From assembly GCA_046052705.1 (NCBI GenBank), contig JBJOLU010000227.1:1-62894 (forward strand): DNA of 62,894 nucleotides, read 5' to 3'. Under the pieces are notes generated by a model. It saw nothing but the letters and a program-made list of their open reading frames with translations, ran no database searches and was not told the DNA's origin. This document shows, in pieces, positions 28,019 to 37,139 of the stretch. Position numbers and translations under genes: made by a program. Within the stretch, counting starts at the first letter, position 1; each line of letters begins with the position of its first letter. The DNA is from Bacteroidota bacterium. Lineage in GTDB: Bacteria; Bacteroidota; Ignavibacteria; Kapaibacteriales; NICIL-2.

Positions 28019-28930
28019 TCAGGACGAACCGGGCGAACCGAAGATACCGAGCGGGTCCGACGCACCAAAACTGTACCGCTCCCTCGCTTTATATCTTACA
28101 TTACCGGTGTCAAAGTCTCCATCCATTCCGGTTTGCATCGGAGTACGGACGAAGTGCTTCAGACCGTTGGGCACGTCGGTGATAAGGAACCACGCGTTTG
28201 TATCGGTCAGCCAATGGTTGATCGTATAGCCTTCGGGGATCGAGCCGTTGTTCTTCAGCGCGTTGATATCGTTGTCAGCCGTACCGACGCGGAGTTCGGT
28301 TTCCAGCAGACGGGTAGCAACGAACTGGAGTGCGGGCGGCACGACCAGCTTACGGGGCTTGGCGGCGATCAGCAGACCACGCTCGTCGGTCCAGCCGGCG
28401 ATCTGAATGACCGCATTTTCCAGCGCGGTTTCGTTCAGGTCGGTACCGACTGTAGGACGGTTGCTGTTGGTGCCACCGGAGATCAGCGGATGGGCTGTGT
28501 TACACAGTGTCACACCGTCACCGTAGGTCACGGCTGTGTTGAACGCGTTGTTCAGCACATAAGCGGCCTTAACTTGCTTGGTGTAGGCCATGGCGCGAGC
28601 CAGAGCCTTGGTGTAACGAGACGAGAGGCTGTCGTACAGATTGTCTTCGATCGCTTCTTCGGTGATCGAGAAACCCATAGCGATAGTTTCGTGGTTGTAA
28701 CGAGCCGTCCAAGCTTCTTGGGCGTTGTCGTAGGAGATTGCAGAACCTTCGTTCTTTACCGGAGCAGCGGAGAAACCGGACAGCTTGGTTTCTTCTTCGA
28801 AGCTACGCTCAGAAGTTTCGGTTTCGTAGATTTCCTTATGCTCTTCGCCATAACGATCATATTCAATACCGAACAGAGCGTTCAGGCCGGGGAGCAGTTC
28901 TTTGAGTAGCTGCGCACGAGAAATAGCCAT
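28019..28930 (-). CDS. Major capsid protein (HK97-fold inferred)
   Basis: 303-aa ORF after scaffold and before strong terminator; N-terminus MAISRAQLLKELLPGLNALFG typical of capsid families I recall; gene order. Confidence 0.75.
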   Translation of the reverse strand: MAISRAQLLKELLPGLNALFGIEYDRYGEEHKEIYETETSERSFEEETKLSGFSAAPVKNEGSAISYDNAQEAWTARYNHETIAMGFSITEEAIEDNLYDSLSSRYTKALARAMAYTKQVKAAYVLNNAFNTAVTYGDGVTLCNTAHPLISGGTNSNRPTVGTDLNETALENAVIQIAGWTDERGLLIAAKPRKLVVPPALQFVATRLLETELRVGTADNDINALKNNGSIPEGYTINHWLTDTNAWFLITDVPNGLKHFVRTPMQTGMDGDFDTGNVRYKARERYSFGASDPLGIFGSPGSS

Positions 28931-28941
28931 GACTTAGCTCC

Positions 28942-29538
28942 TTAGACACCAGTGGTGCTGTTGTACTGATGGGTGTTGATCTTAACAATGACTTCCGCGA
29001 ACGCATTCGCGCCAGTCGCTGTTTCGGGCACCACATCGATCACTCGCACCGGCAGGGTGTTTGTTGTCGATGTGCTTGTGGACAGAACCGCCACAGCCGA
29101 GTCACCGGTTGTGGTGGAGCCAGTGTTTTGCACCAGTTCCATGTTGGAGCCCACCACTGTACGACCCACGGTCGCCATGGTTGTGCCGGTCGAAACCACT
29201 GCCACCTTGAAGGCGGCCATAGGATCGTCGATCACATAGGCGATGGCGTTGTTAGCTGTCGTCGAAGCGGCAGCCGGGTAGAACTGGCCCTGAATCTTTT
29301 GGCCGGACGAATTGACATACTGACAGCCAACCAGCACGCCCACGGGGGTCGCGTTGTTTGTGCCGGTGTCTGCCACCAGGAAACCTGTGCTATCCAGTTT
29401 CACTGTGTCGCCATTGAAGATTGCTGTGGCATAACCCACCGCGATGGGGATTTGCCGGGTTTGACCCGCGTAGGGCAGGCCGTCAATACGATTGACGGGC
29501 ACCAGACCATACGGGGCAGAAACGGTCGGATAAGCCAT
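28942..29538 (-). CDS. Putative capsid decoration/auxiliary head protein
   Basis: 198 aa, beta-rich, immediately upstream of MCP. Confidence 0.4.
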   Translation of the reverse strand: MAYPTVSAPYGLVPVNRIDGLPYAGQTRQIPIAVGYATAIFNGDTVKLDSTGFLVADTGTNNATPVGVLVGCQYVNSSGQKIQGQFYPAAASTTANNAIAYVIDDPMAAFKVAVVSTGTTMATVGRTVVGSNMELVQNTGSTTTGDSAVAVLSTSTSTTNTLPVRVIDVVPETATGANAFAEVIVKINTHQYNSTTGV

Positions 29539-29554
29539 GTTTCGCTCCTAGAAT

Positions 29555-30004
29555 TTATCTTTGTCCAAATGTTGTCCGCGAGTCCCTGTTCTTGAACAGA
29601 GGCATACGCGGATCGCCTTCTCGCATAAAGTTGCTGTCTACGGCGCGCATATCGGATTCAGTCTTTTGCTCAAAATACTGACTCCGCTGCTCCATAAACT
29701 CCGCCGGAATCTTGCAAAGCAACAAACCACCGATTTCGATACTGTCCGGGAAGCGGTTGTTGCCCGCGTTGAACAGACGAATCTCAGGATGTTCTGATGC
29801 CTTGACCGGCTCCCAACCTTCGCCAAGACTAGTGGAAATGTTCTTTGGATCATCCATGCCAAGCATCGCAACACGAACCCAACGGAACGTATAGCCCGGC
29901 TCCGGATTCGGATTGGGCAACAGACTTTGCGGACGCCACGAAGTCGGGCGCTCGAAGGCTGCACGCTGTTCCTGTTCTCGCGGTGTTCTTACTTGCTTTT
30001 CCAT
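29555..30004 (-). CDS. Conserved head-module protein of unknown function
   Basis: 149 aa; PGYTFRWVR ... GEGWEPV motif recurrent in phage head modules. Confidence 0.45.
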   Translation of the reverse strand: MEKQVRTPREQEQRAAFERPTSWRPQSLLPNPNPEPGYTFRWVRVAMLGMDDPKNISTSLGEGWEPVKASEHPEIRLFNAGNNRFPDSIEIGGLLLCKIPAEFMEQRSQYFEQKTESDMRAVDSNFMREGDPRMPLFKNRDSRTTFGQR

Positions 30005-30924
30005 TAGACATTTCCTCTATTAAGTTTCGCAACCTCTTTGGCATAGGCTTCCGGAGAAAGACCCAGCCGGCGGGCGATATTGACCTGCGTTTGAGTCAGC
30101 ACGATCTTTTTGGACGCTGTGCTTCTCGTGGCAGGGGCCACAACTGTTGATTTCTTCGGAGGAGGCGCATCCGAATCAAACCTATCCGGGAATCTCTCAC
30201 GCATTTCTGCGTCGATTTTCCGATAGTATTCATCGCTGGTAGGATCAATATGCTCTACCGATGTAAGCTCATCGTGGAGTGACAAGGCATAAGCAGTCAT
30301 ACGACGGTCTTGCCCGAACCACTGATTGTCATTACGCCATTTCTCAGCACGTTGATCTGGCTGTTGTTTTGGCGCTTGAGGTATTTGTAACGCAGGCTCT
30401 TCTTGCTGTAAAGAGGGCAGCGTAAAGTTAGCAACTCTTTCTGCTTTAATCTTTGCCGATGTCAGGTTTTCCTGTGCGGAAGCCAAGGCTTCGGAATCAC
30501 CCATATCATAGGCTTTACGGAATTCCTCTTTGGCCTTCTCCAGCTCTTGCGCAGTAACCCGTTTTGCCTGCTCAAGCAATGCTTGCTGATTTTCGGATAC
30601 TGTGGATTTCAGTCGTTTATTTTCTTCAATAATTGACTGAGCCAGTTTTAATGCTTCCTCACGCTCGCGCAGTGCTGCTTCCTTTGCACGACGCTCTTCG
30701 TGATAACCCTTAGTAAAATGCTTGATACGTTTCTGGACGCTCTCATGGTATTGAGAAATCTCGTCCTCGGAAAATTCCTTGGGCGGTTCCTCCATGGGCT
30801 TACGGCCGCGATCCTTCTCGGGCGTGTCGTCAATAATTTCTAGCTCAGGTTCAGGCGTTTTTGTTTCCGTTTGAGATTCCTCGCTCTGAATCTCAAATTC
30901 AACTTTATCGTCACTCATAATCAA
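30004..30924 (-). CDS. Scaffolding protein
   Basis: 306 aa, acidic N-terminus, long coiled-coil, between portal and MCP. Confidence 0.6.
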   Translation of the reverse strand: MIMSDDKVEFEIQSEESQTETKTPEPELEIIDDTPEKDRGRKPMEEPPKEFSEDEISQYHESVQKRIKHFTKGYHEERRAKEAALREREEALKLAQSIIEENKRLKSTVSENQQALLEQAKRVTAQELEKAKEEFRKAYDMGDSEALASAQENLTSAKIKAERVANFTLPSLQQEEPALQIPQAPKQQPDQRAEKWRNDNQWFGQDRRMTAYALSLHDELTSVEHIDPTSDEYYRKIDAEMRERFPDRFDSDAPPPKKSTVVAPATRSTASKKIVLTQTQVNIARRLGLSPEAYAKEVAKLNRGNV

Positions 30925-31325
30925 GCCCTCTTGATACCGCGCGGATCGTCCACCACTGCTTCAACGGAATCGTCAACGATGATTCGGAATTCACGGCCAT
31001 GAATCTTGACGCGAGTGCCGGTATTGGGACGGACCAATACAAAATCACCAACCTTGCAGGACGGCCCTTGCGGGAATCGTGACTTATCGGCGTAGGCATC
31101 CGGACCCATCTTGACTACAAACAAAACTGGGGACAAAACTTCCTCAAAGTGAATACTCTGGGCGGATTTTAGAATCCCACCTTCAGTAGCTTCCTCAACT
31201 TCTGGCAAAGCACACAGCAAGTGATAGGTCACGGGGTCCGGCAACTGCTTAGCTTTCTCTTCAGGCGTATTTGGAAGCACCGTTTCGTTCTGACCGTCAC
31301 TGATTAACAGCTCACTCATCATCAA
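30921..31325 (-). CDS. GroES (Cpn10)-like protein
   Basis: HLLCALPEVEEATEGGILKS ... VVKMGP ... KVGDFVLVRPNTG-x-RVKIHGREFRIIVDDSVEAVV aligns by eye with GroES (RVIVKRKEVETKSAGGIVL...VGDIVIF...ILAIV). Confidence 0.5.
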   Translation of the reverse strand: MMMSELLISDGQNETVLPNTPEEKAKQLPDPVTYHLLCALPEVEEATEGGILKSAQSIHFEEVLSPVLFVVKMGPDAYADKSRFPQGPSCKVGDFVLVRPNTGTRVKIHGREFRIIVDDSVEAVVDDPRGIKRA

Positions 31326-31509
31326 AATCCCTTAGTTTGCGCACGAGGTCTTCTATTTCTGATTGTGCGAACGCAAGACCTCGGATCGTGCCGCACAAGT
31401 ACCGGTATTCGGAGTGGTCTTTAACCGCTCCGTCTGCCAGTGATTCAATCAATTGAGTTCTTCGTTCCTCAAGCCTTGAGGTAAGCAGCATCAACAGCTT
31501 GTTTTCCAT
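31312..31509 (-). CDS. Small helical hypothetical protein
   Basis: 65-aa ORF directly after portal. Confidence 0.45.
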   Translation of the reverse strand: MENKLLMLLTSRLEERRTQLIESLADGAVKDHSEYRYLCGTIRGLAFAQSEIEDLVRKLRDFDDE

Positions 31510-31512
31510 GAT

Positions 31513-33909
31513 TTACCGTGTCTCGGGTGATTGCATATCGGTAATACGATCGACAAAATCGCGTACCTGCTCGTCTTGCTGTTGTTGCGCCTGAAGCGCG
31601 ATGCGCAACCTGTCTGCTTCGGCCTGATTTGCCGCGCGCTGCGACTCCAAAGCCAGTCTTGCCTGCGCAATTTGCCCGTCTTGAGCGTCTTTCTGGGCTT
31701 TTCTCTGGATTTCCTGCGCTTTGATCTGCATTTCCTGTTGTTGCAACTGGAAAAGCGGGTCTTGTGCCTGTTGTTGGGCCTGTTGCTGTGCCGCTTGTCC
31801 CTTGCTTTGCGCCAAAACCTGTGTTGCAGCCTGGGCCACGAGTCTCGACAACTGGACTTCTACGTCTTCCGGTAGTTCTTCGTTGGGTTTTGGCATCGGA
31901 ACACCCAATTGTTCTTCCACACGCTTGCGATACAGGAATGCCAAGTGCTCTGCCACGTGCGACATAATCGCCGCCTGCATTTGTTGGGCCATTGGAGACT
32001 GTCCAATCTGCGCCATCAGCACCGGGTCTTGCATCATCGACATGTGACACGCGATATGCGCGTCGTGATCCTGATAAATGAACGCCTTCGTGGGTTTGCC
32101 GGACAGGAAAGCCATGTTTTCGCTGATCGGATCACGCGGTTTCATGTCATCTTCAAGCGGCACCAGCTTATCGGCGTTCTTGACACCCAAAACTTCGAGC
32201 ATTTGGCGGTGAAGTTGAGGAAGATCGTAGATTTGGGGCGCACCTTGAGCCAATTGGATAGCCGCTTGGTACTGCATAATCCGTTGCGCCATCGTTGCGC
32301 TGTTCGGATCGCTCACCGGAATTACTTCAACGAGGTCATAGTCCTCGCGTTTTGCCTTCCGGTCGGCTTTCTCCGGCGTGTATTCGTACTGGCTTGGGGT
32401 GAAATCACGAATAATCGCCTTGAGCAGCTTGAATTCCTGCTTCATGGCGAAATGAACACGAGCCTGAACCGCACTCATGGTCTTCAGTTGCCGTTCCAAC
32501 AATGCCAACGTCGTACCCACTGGGGCATTCGCTGACATGTCGCTAATCTTCATGTCCGAAATTGCACCCAATCTTCGGGCTTCTTCGGTGATATTGCCCA
32601 AAAGTGCCATCAATACTTGGCTTGGCTCCTTGTAGGGCAACGGCATGATGTTGTCCCGGATGCTCCCAGACGGCACATCCACATCACGGAACTCACCTGG
32701 GGCGATGGGCGTGTCGTCACCCTTGACGCGCAGGCCGCGAGATTTCAATCCGCCGGGCAAATTTGCCAAGGAACCGGCATCAATCAATTGCCGAATGAGC
32801 ATCGTGCCCGCTCGGGCATAGCCACCGATCAGATGGATCAGGCCAAAACCGTACGCACCGAAGCCAGGGATATAGGTGTATTGAACGAAGTGCTGACGTT
32901 TGGCGAAGGTCGGGTCATCTTCGGCGTAGTTCCTGCGAATTGCCAGAACTTTGTTGCTGCCACGGTCGATTGTAATTACATATGGCAGAGCAATTCCGTC
33001 TTCGTTCTCGTAGCCGGGGAGGTCGTAATCGACGTGGATTTCGAGAATCTGATAACGCTCGTCATCTGTGATTGAATAGCCTTCTTCCTCGGCTTTCTTC
33101 TTCTCGATATCAGTCGGAATCTGGATTGGCTCGCCAAGATCGATGTCGCGGTAGAAGCCTGCTACTTGCAGTTTGCGTATTTCGTTCTTGGTCTTGCGCA
33201 TCAGGTGGGTCACGCGCTCTGCGGTGAGAACGCCTGACGAGCCATACGGCATGATGATGTCTTCAGCCGGGATGTACATGGATACTTGTCGATCAAGCGC
33301 CGGGTCAAAATAGACCTTTTTGAACGCGGCTCCTGACAGGCCAAGATTAAACAGTGCGCGCTCATGTTCTGGGCGGTACTCTTGCATCACCTCCGTAAGC
33401 TGGTAGTTCATGTCATCTCTGACACGCTCTGACGCTTCGGTCTTTTGCTGGGTTATTTCCCCGATGATGAGGGTTTTAACAGGGCCGGCTGCTGGGAAGG
33501 TTTCGGTAATACACTCACTTTGAAACCGAATTGCCGCTTCGGTGAGCACAGTAGAAAACACACCACAGGCACCGTTCCATGGCTCTGTTCTTTCTTCATA
33601 CTTCATCCCCAGAACTTCTAAGCCTTTGACGAATGTCTCCGACCAGTCTTTGCGACTGCTTATGTCAGCATCCACCAGAGCAACAAGATCACCAGCAACG
33701 CTTTCAAGAGCACCTTCCTCCATGAACTCAGCCAAGTTGCCATCAAAATCATCCGCCGTTGTTTCTTCTGAAGAAAGATTAATCTCAAGGCCGTCAATCC
33801 CAAGTGATGTTTCAGGAAATTCGACTTCCACTTCGATTTCTGGCGCCTCTTCAGCCAGATTTAGTGGAGGCACGTCACTGTATAACGCTCGGTCAAAATT
33901 TGTTGCCAT
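31513..33909 (-). CDS. Portal protein
   Basis: 798-aa ORF immediately downstream of TerL; Q-rich C-terminal coiled-coil; size and position. Confidence 0.75.
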   Translation of the reverse strand: MATNFDRALYSDVPPLNLAEEAPEIEVEVEFPETSLGIDGLEINLSSEETTADDFDGNLAEFMEEGALESVAGDLVALVDADISSRKDWSETFVKGLEVLGMKYEERTEPWNGACGVFSTVLTEAAIRFQSECITETFPAAGPVKTLIIGEITQQKTEASERVRDDMNYQLTEVMQEYRPEHERALFNLGLSGAAFKKVYFDPALDRQVSMYIPAEDIIMPYGSSGVLTAERVTHLMRKTKNEIRKLQVAGFYRDIDLGEPIQIPTDIEKKKAEEEGYSITDDERYQILEIHVDYDLPGYENEDGIALPYVITIDRGSNKVLAIRRNYAEDDPTFAKRQHFVQYTYIPGFGAYGFGLIHLIGGYARAGTMLIRQLIDAGSLANLPGGLKSRGLRVKGDDTPIAPGEFRDVDVPSGSIRDNIMPLPYKEPSQVLMALLGNITEEARRLGAISDMKISDMSANAPVGTTLALLERQLKTMSAVQARVHFAMKQEFKLLKAIIRDFTPSQYEYTPEKADRKAKREDYDLVEVIPVSDPNSATMAQRIMQYQAAIQLAQGAPQIYDLPQLHRQMLEVLGVKNADKLVPLEDDMKPRDPISENMAFLSGKPTKAFIYQDHDAHIACHMSMMQDPVLMAQIGQSPMAQQMQAAIMSHVAEHLAFLYRKRVEEQLGVPMPKPNEELPEDVEVQLSRLVAQAATQVLAQSKGQAAQQQAQQQAQDPLFQLQQQEMQIKAQEIQRKAQKDAQDGQIAQARLALESQRAANQAEADRLRIALQAQQQQDEQVRDFVDRITDMQSPETR

Positions 33910-33917
33910 GCTTCACC

Positions 33918-36422
33918 TCAATAATATGCCTTTTTTCGCCGCCATCCGATTTCCTCGTCAGGCTCGTCGGTCTGTAACCGCAAAAATCCACCCTGCCTAA
34001 ACCGGATGAGGGCCTGCACCGAGCTATCCAATAAGTCATCGTGCTCCGCATTAGGAAATCTCGCCATTTCCTCAATTACTTCATCAGCCCACCTCGCGTC
34101 CGGTGCCCATACTTTACCCGAGGCAAACAAATCTGTAACCGAATTGAGACGCGCAAATTTGTCATTACCGCGCGATGGCGTATATTCACTAACCGGAATA
34201 CCCATACGCCTTAACTCAAATATCAACGGCGCCCCAGCTGCCTTCGCTTCAATAATAAATGCGTCAGGCTCCCATTCTTTCCACGAATTAAATGCTGCTT
34301 GTTTTAATTCCGGGAACTCCCATTTATCCTTAAACGCATCCAGCAATATGATATTCACATCATTGGGGTCTTCGTTAAGATTAAAAATACCCCAAGTCGT
34401 ACAGGCCGAATAGTCCGACCTCTCGCCTTTGGTAAAGGCTGTATCCCAAGACTGGATAATGAATTCACAATTAGGCGGACGATCTTTATTCCATATACGC
34501 CACCACTCACGCTTAATAATCGCACCCGCTTCGCCAGTCGGCTGTTGCTGGTACTGTGCGTTCCACTTGTAGGAAGGTAACTCTTCTTTAAGAGCAAGAA
34601 GCTCTTCGAGACTCCAGAACTCAGGCCATAGAGGTGCGCCCGATGGAAGGATGGCCGGTAGCTCGATCACTTCCCATTCGTCCTCGTGTCGTGAGTTCCT
34701 AATGATCTTGCCCGTTAAGTCCTTGTCACTCCAGCGAGTCATAATTACGACAATGGCCGCCCCTGGCTGGAGACGTTGCCGTGGTCCGGAGGTGTACCAT
34801 TCATACACGCCGTCAAATACGGTCGGGTCGCCTTGGGCTAACTTGGCCTCTTGCTCGCTGTGCGGGTCATCGATGATAAGAAGGTCAGCACCTTTACCTG
34901 TCACCGTACCTCCAACGCCGATAGCAAAATAGCTACCCCCACCCGAGGTATCCCAGCGTCCAGCCGCTTTGCTATCAGCCCGAAGATCAACACTCGGAAA
35001 CACTTTCTTATAGTGATCCGACCCAACCAGGTTTCGAACCTTCCGTCCGAAGCCAACAGCCAATTCCGCCGTGTTTGAACATTGGATAACTTTCTTCTCC
35101 GGGTACTTTCCTAAAAACCAAGCCGGCAAAAGAAACGAGCCAAACTCGGATTTGGTGTTGTGCGTACAAATGTAGCCTTCTCCGGCCAAAAACAAACCGT
35201 CTTGACGAGCTACCTTGATACATTGCGTACTGCCAGTTTCGTTTAGTTTTTCTACTTTGATGTACCTTCCGAATGCTGGCTTGTACTTGATCGTCCGATT
35301 TTCTTTCCTGTCTAAATGAGCAATGTTGGAAGCATAAAAGCTAATCCTCCATGTCTTGCCGTAGCTTTTGTCTCCAATTTTTGCCTCGGTAGAGATCAAT
35401 GAGTTCTTAATCCCAAGGCTGGCTAGAAGTTCGCGCACTTGATTGATGAGACTCAAGTTGCTTTGCGCGAAGAAACATTGACCTGCTTTTGACACGTTGC
35501 CATCCGTGTCCATCAGACCTTTGAGCAACCATCTACGTTGATCTACGCTACCCATCAGATACGCCTGCGGGATGTGTTTGTTCCCTAACACACCAAGATC
35601 GCGGAGTTTTTCTTTTAGACCCAAAACTCCGAACGTCATCGGGGTAGATTGGGCAGTCGTTCTGTACCCAAGCGCCTCGAACATTTGCCGAATGCCAACC
35701 TGATCGTCATCGTGACAGGTAATTACCCCTTGATTCTTGTGCCCATCACCGAGCCATACACCAAGAACATAGGGTGCTATCGGCAAGGATTGCCGTTCGT
35801 AAATGACGGGATTCACGTCAGGCAATCTTGGCAATCGTGGATTTTTGACATGCCCCGCCAAGAAGTGTGTGCTCCCACCTCTACCCATTCTCAGCACTTC
35901 ACCGTTCTGCCTACGCCATAACTCTTCAGTCGTGAAGTCGTGATAGACATCGTGCTTTCGGTGCAACCTAACCGTCCAAAGATGCTCGCCATCAACATCC
36001 AGGCTGAATCCATCATCCGTAGTCACGCGATAAATGTCTCTATCGTGAAACACTTCTGATTTTCCAATTACCTCTGTTGGAATCCCATCAGGCCCGAAAA
36101 CATAATCGCCAACCAATAAGTCGGCCATCGTTTTCCATCCGTTCAATGTTGGTATCTTCATATCTAACCTTATCGCGTGCCGAGGGGCCATGTTGATGAT
36201 GAGTCTCTTCACCTTCCCCGCCGCGATTTCCTCGAACTTCTTCGCCATCAAAGCATGGTGCCGACCGTGGATAAACGACGGCCACATCATCTTCACAAAC
36301 GCCATGAAGTCCGCTTGCGCCTTCTCCCGCTCCAGCGCCTCTTTATATGCGCCTACCTGAGCCAACAACTTCTGTTGCTCATTCTCAGGCAGCTTAGAAA
36401 TCAACGCGGCCAAGTCGCTCAT
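33918..36422 (-). CDS. terL: Terminase large subunit interrupted by a 340-aa intein
   Basis: Exteins: INMAPRH|TKSE (P-loop), LLIIDDPH (Walker B), C-terminal RNase-H-like nuclease motifs (QSWDTAF, IIEAKAAG, EHDDLLDS); 494 aa after intein removal. Confidence 0.9.
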   Translation of the reverse strand: MSDLAALISKLPENEQQKLLAQVGAYKEALEREKAQADFMAFVKMMWPSFIHGRHHALMAKKFEEIAAGKVKRLIINMAPRHAIRLDMKIPTLNGWKTMADLLVGDYVFGPDGIPTEVIGKSEVFHDRDIYRVTTDDGFSLDVDGEHLWTVRLHRKHDVYHDFTTEELWRRQNGEVLRMGRGGSTHFLAGHVKNPRLPRLPDVNPVIYERQSLPIAPYVLGVWLGDGHKNQGVITCHDDDQVGIRQMFEALGYRTTAQSTPMTFGVLGLKEKLRDLGVLGNKHIPQAYLMGSVDQRRWLLKGLMDTDGNVSKAGQCFFAQSNLSLINQVRELLASLGIKNSLISTEAKIGDKSYGKTWRISFYASNIAHLDRKENRTIKYKPAFGRYIKVEKLNETGSTQCIKVARQDGLFLAGEGYICTHNTKSEFGSFLLPAWFLGKYPEKKVIQCSNTAELAVGFGRKVRNLVGSDHYKKVFPSVDLRADSKAAGRWDTSGGGSYFAIGVGGTVTGKGADLLIIDDPHSEQEAKLAQGDPTVFDGVYEWYTSGPRQRLQPGAAIVVIMTRWSDKDLTGKIIRNSRHEDEWEVIELPAILPSGAPLWPEFWSLEELLALKEELPSYKWNAQYQQQPTGEAGAIIKREWWRIWNKDRPPNCEFIIQSWDTAFTKGERSDYSACTTWGIFNLNEDPNDVNIILLDAFKDKWEFPELKQAAFNSWKEWEPDAFIIEAKAAGAPLIFELRRMGIPVSEYTPSRGNDKFARLNSVTDLFASGKVWAPDARWADEVIEEMARFPNAEHDDLLDSSVQALIRFRQGGFLRLQTDEPDEEIGWRRKKAYY
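35157..36176 (-). mobile_element. Intein (residues 83-422 of TerL) with LAGLIDADG homing-endonuclease domain; Ala1, class-3-like WCT signature
   Basis: Starts AIRLDMKIPTLNGWKTMADLLVGDYV (block A with Ala1), DGEHLW (block B His+Trp), LGVWLGDG and LLKGLMDTDG (LAGLIDADG x2), TQCIKV (block F Cys), GYICTHN|T (block G, +1 Thr). Confidence 0.85.
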
Positions 36423-36694
36423 TTGCGAGACTCAAGAATGTCAGCCACCAACGTGGCATAGCCAGCAATGTCTCTCCACGAGTCGGCGTAATTCGGGTCG
36501 CCGCAGACAATCCTGGATAGTTTATTGGCGATCATGTCCAACGCTTCCCGCTGATAGTGGGAGAACGCTGCATTTCGCGGAACATTGTACAAAGTTGATT
36601 TAAGCAACTGGCTCACCATAGAGTTCTTTGAAAACTCGCCGTACTTGGAGCCACGCTCAGCCAACACTTCTTCCAGATCAGTCATCTCTTCCAT
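36419..36694 (-). CDS. Conserved small phage protein (DUF6378-like by recollection)
   Basis: 91 aa; ERGSKYGEF ... REALDMIANKLSRIV ... DSWRDIAGYATL. Confidence 0.45.
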   Translation of the reverse strand: MEEMTDLEEVLAERGSKYGEFSKNSMVSQLLKSTLYNVPRNAAFSHYQREALDMIANKLSRIVCGDPNYADSWRDIAGYATLVADILESRK

Positions 36695-36716
36695 TCCAAT
36701 TCACTCTTCGAGTTCA

Positions 36717-37139
36717 TCACTCAAACTCCCTAGCGTGAAATTTCATGTACGACGGCCTAACACTCCGCTCCATACCCGCTACACGCTTCACCACACCCAA
36801 CTTCACCAACGCATCCACCAACCGCTTCACATTCCCCAAACCCTTCACACCCCTCAACTGCTCCAACTCCCGGTACGTCGGACCACACCCAAACCGCTTC
36901 CAAAACTCATCTATCAAAATGTACATCTCCCGCTGAACCGGAGTCATACTCACCGCCTCACATTCCGCCGCCGTCAAAGACGAACGCGTCCAAGTCATCA
37001 CCGGGTTGTAATCAATCGGACGACCACACACCTTCCGCCACTGAATTTTCTTACCTACGCCTTTATCCATTCCACGGTTCCATACAAGGGGGGCACCCCC
37101 CATACAGCAGGGGTGGGGTAGCTCCCGAACAAAAAACAC
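36717..37139 (-). CDS. Winged-helix (LexA-N/MarR-like) DNA-binding protein; true start probably internal (ATG 37070, 36998 or 36947)
   Basis: MTPVQREMYILIDEFWKRFGCGPTYRELEQLRGVKGLGNVKRLVDALVKLGVVKR resembles LexA DNA-binding domain; first ~20 codons of track ORF overlap G/C-tract hairpins. Confidence 0.5.
   Translation of the reverse strand: MFFVRELPHPCCMGGAPLVWNRGMDKGVGKKIQWRKVCGRPIDYNPVMTWTRSSLTAAECEAVSMTPVQREMYILIDEFWKRFGCGPTYRELEQLRGVKGLGNVKRLVDALVKLGVVKRVAGMERSVRPSYMKFHAREFE

Noticed and set aside
28007-28909. 300-aa plus-strand ORF antisense to the major capsid gene (also 28969..29595 and 25878..26516)
   Set aside because: Long antisense frames are common in GC-biased codon usage. These have His/Arg/Gly-rich nonsense composition, and the minus-strand genes have SD sequences, a terminator and recognisable motifs.
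31469-32050. 193-aa alternative-frame minus-strand ORF inside the portal gene (Arg/Gly/Thr-rich)
   Set aside because: It sits in an overlapping frame of the Q-rich C-terminal portal region. Its composition is typical of an out-of-frame reading, with no SD.
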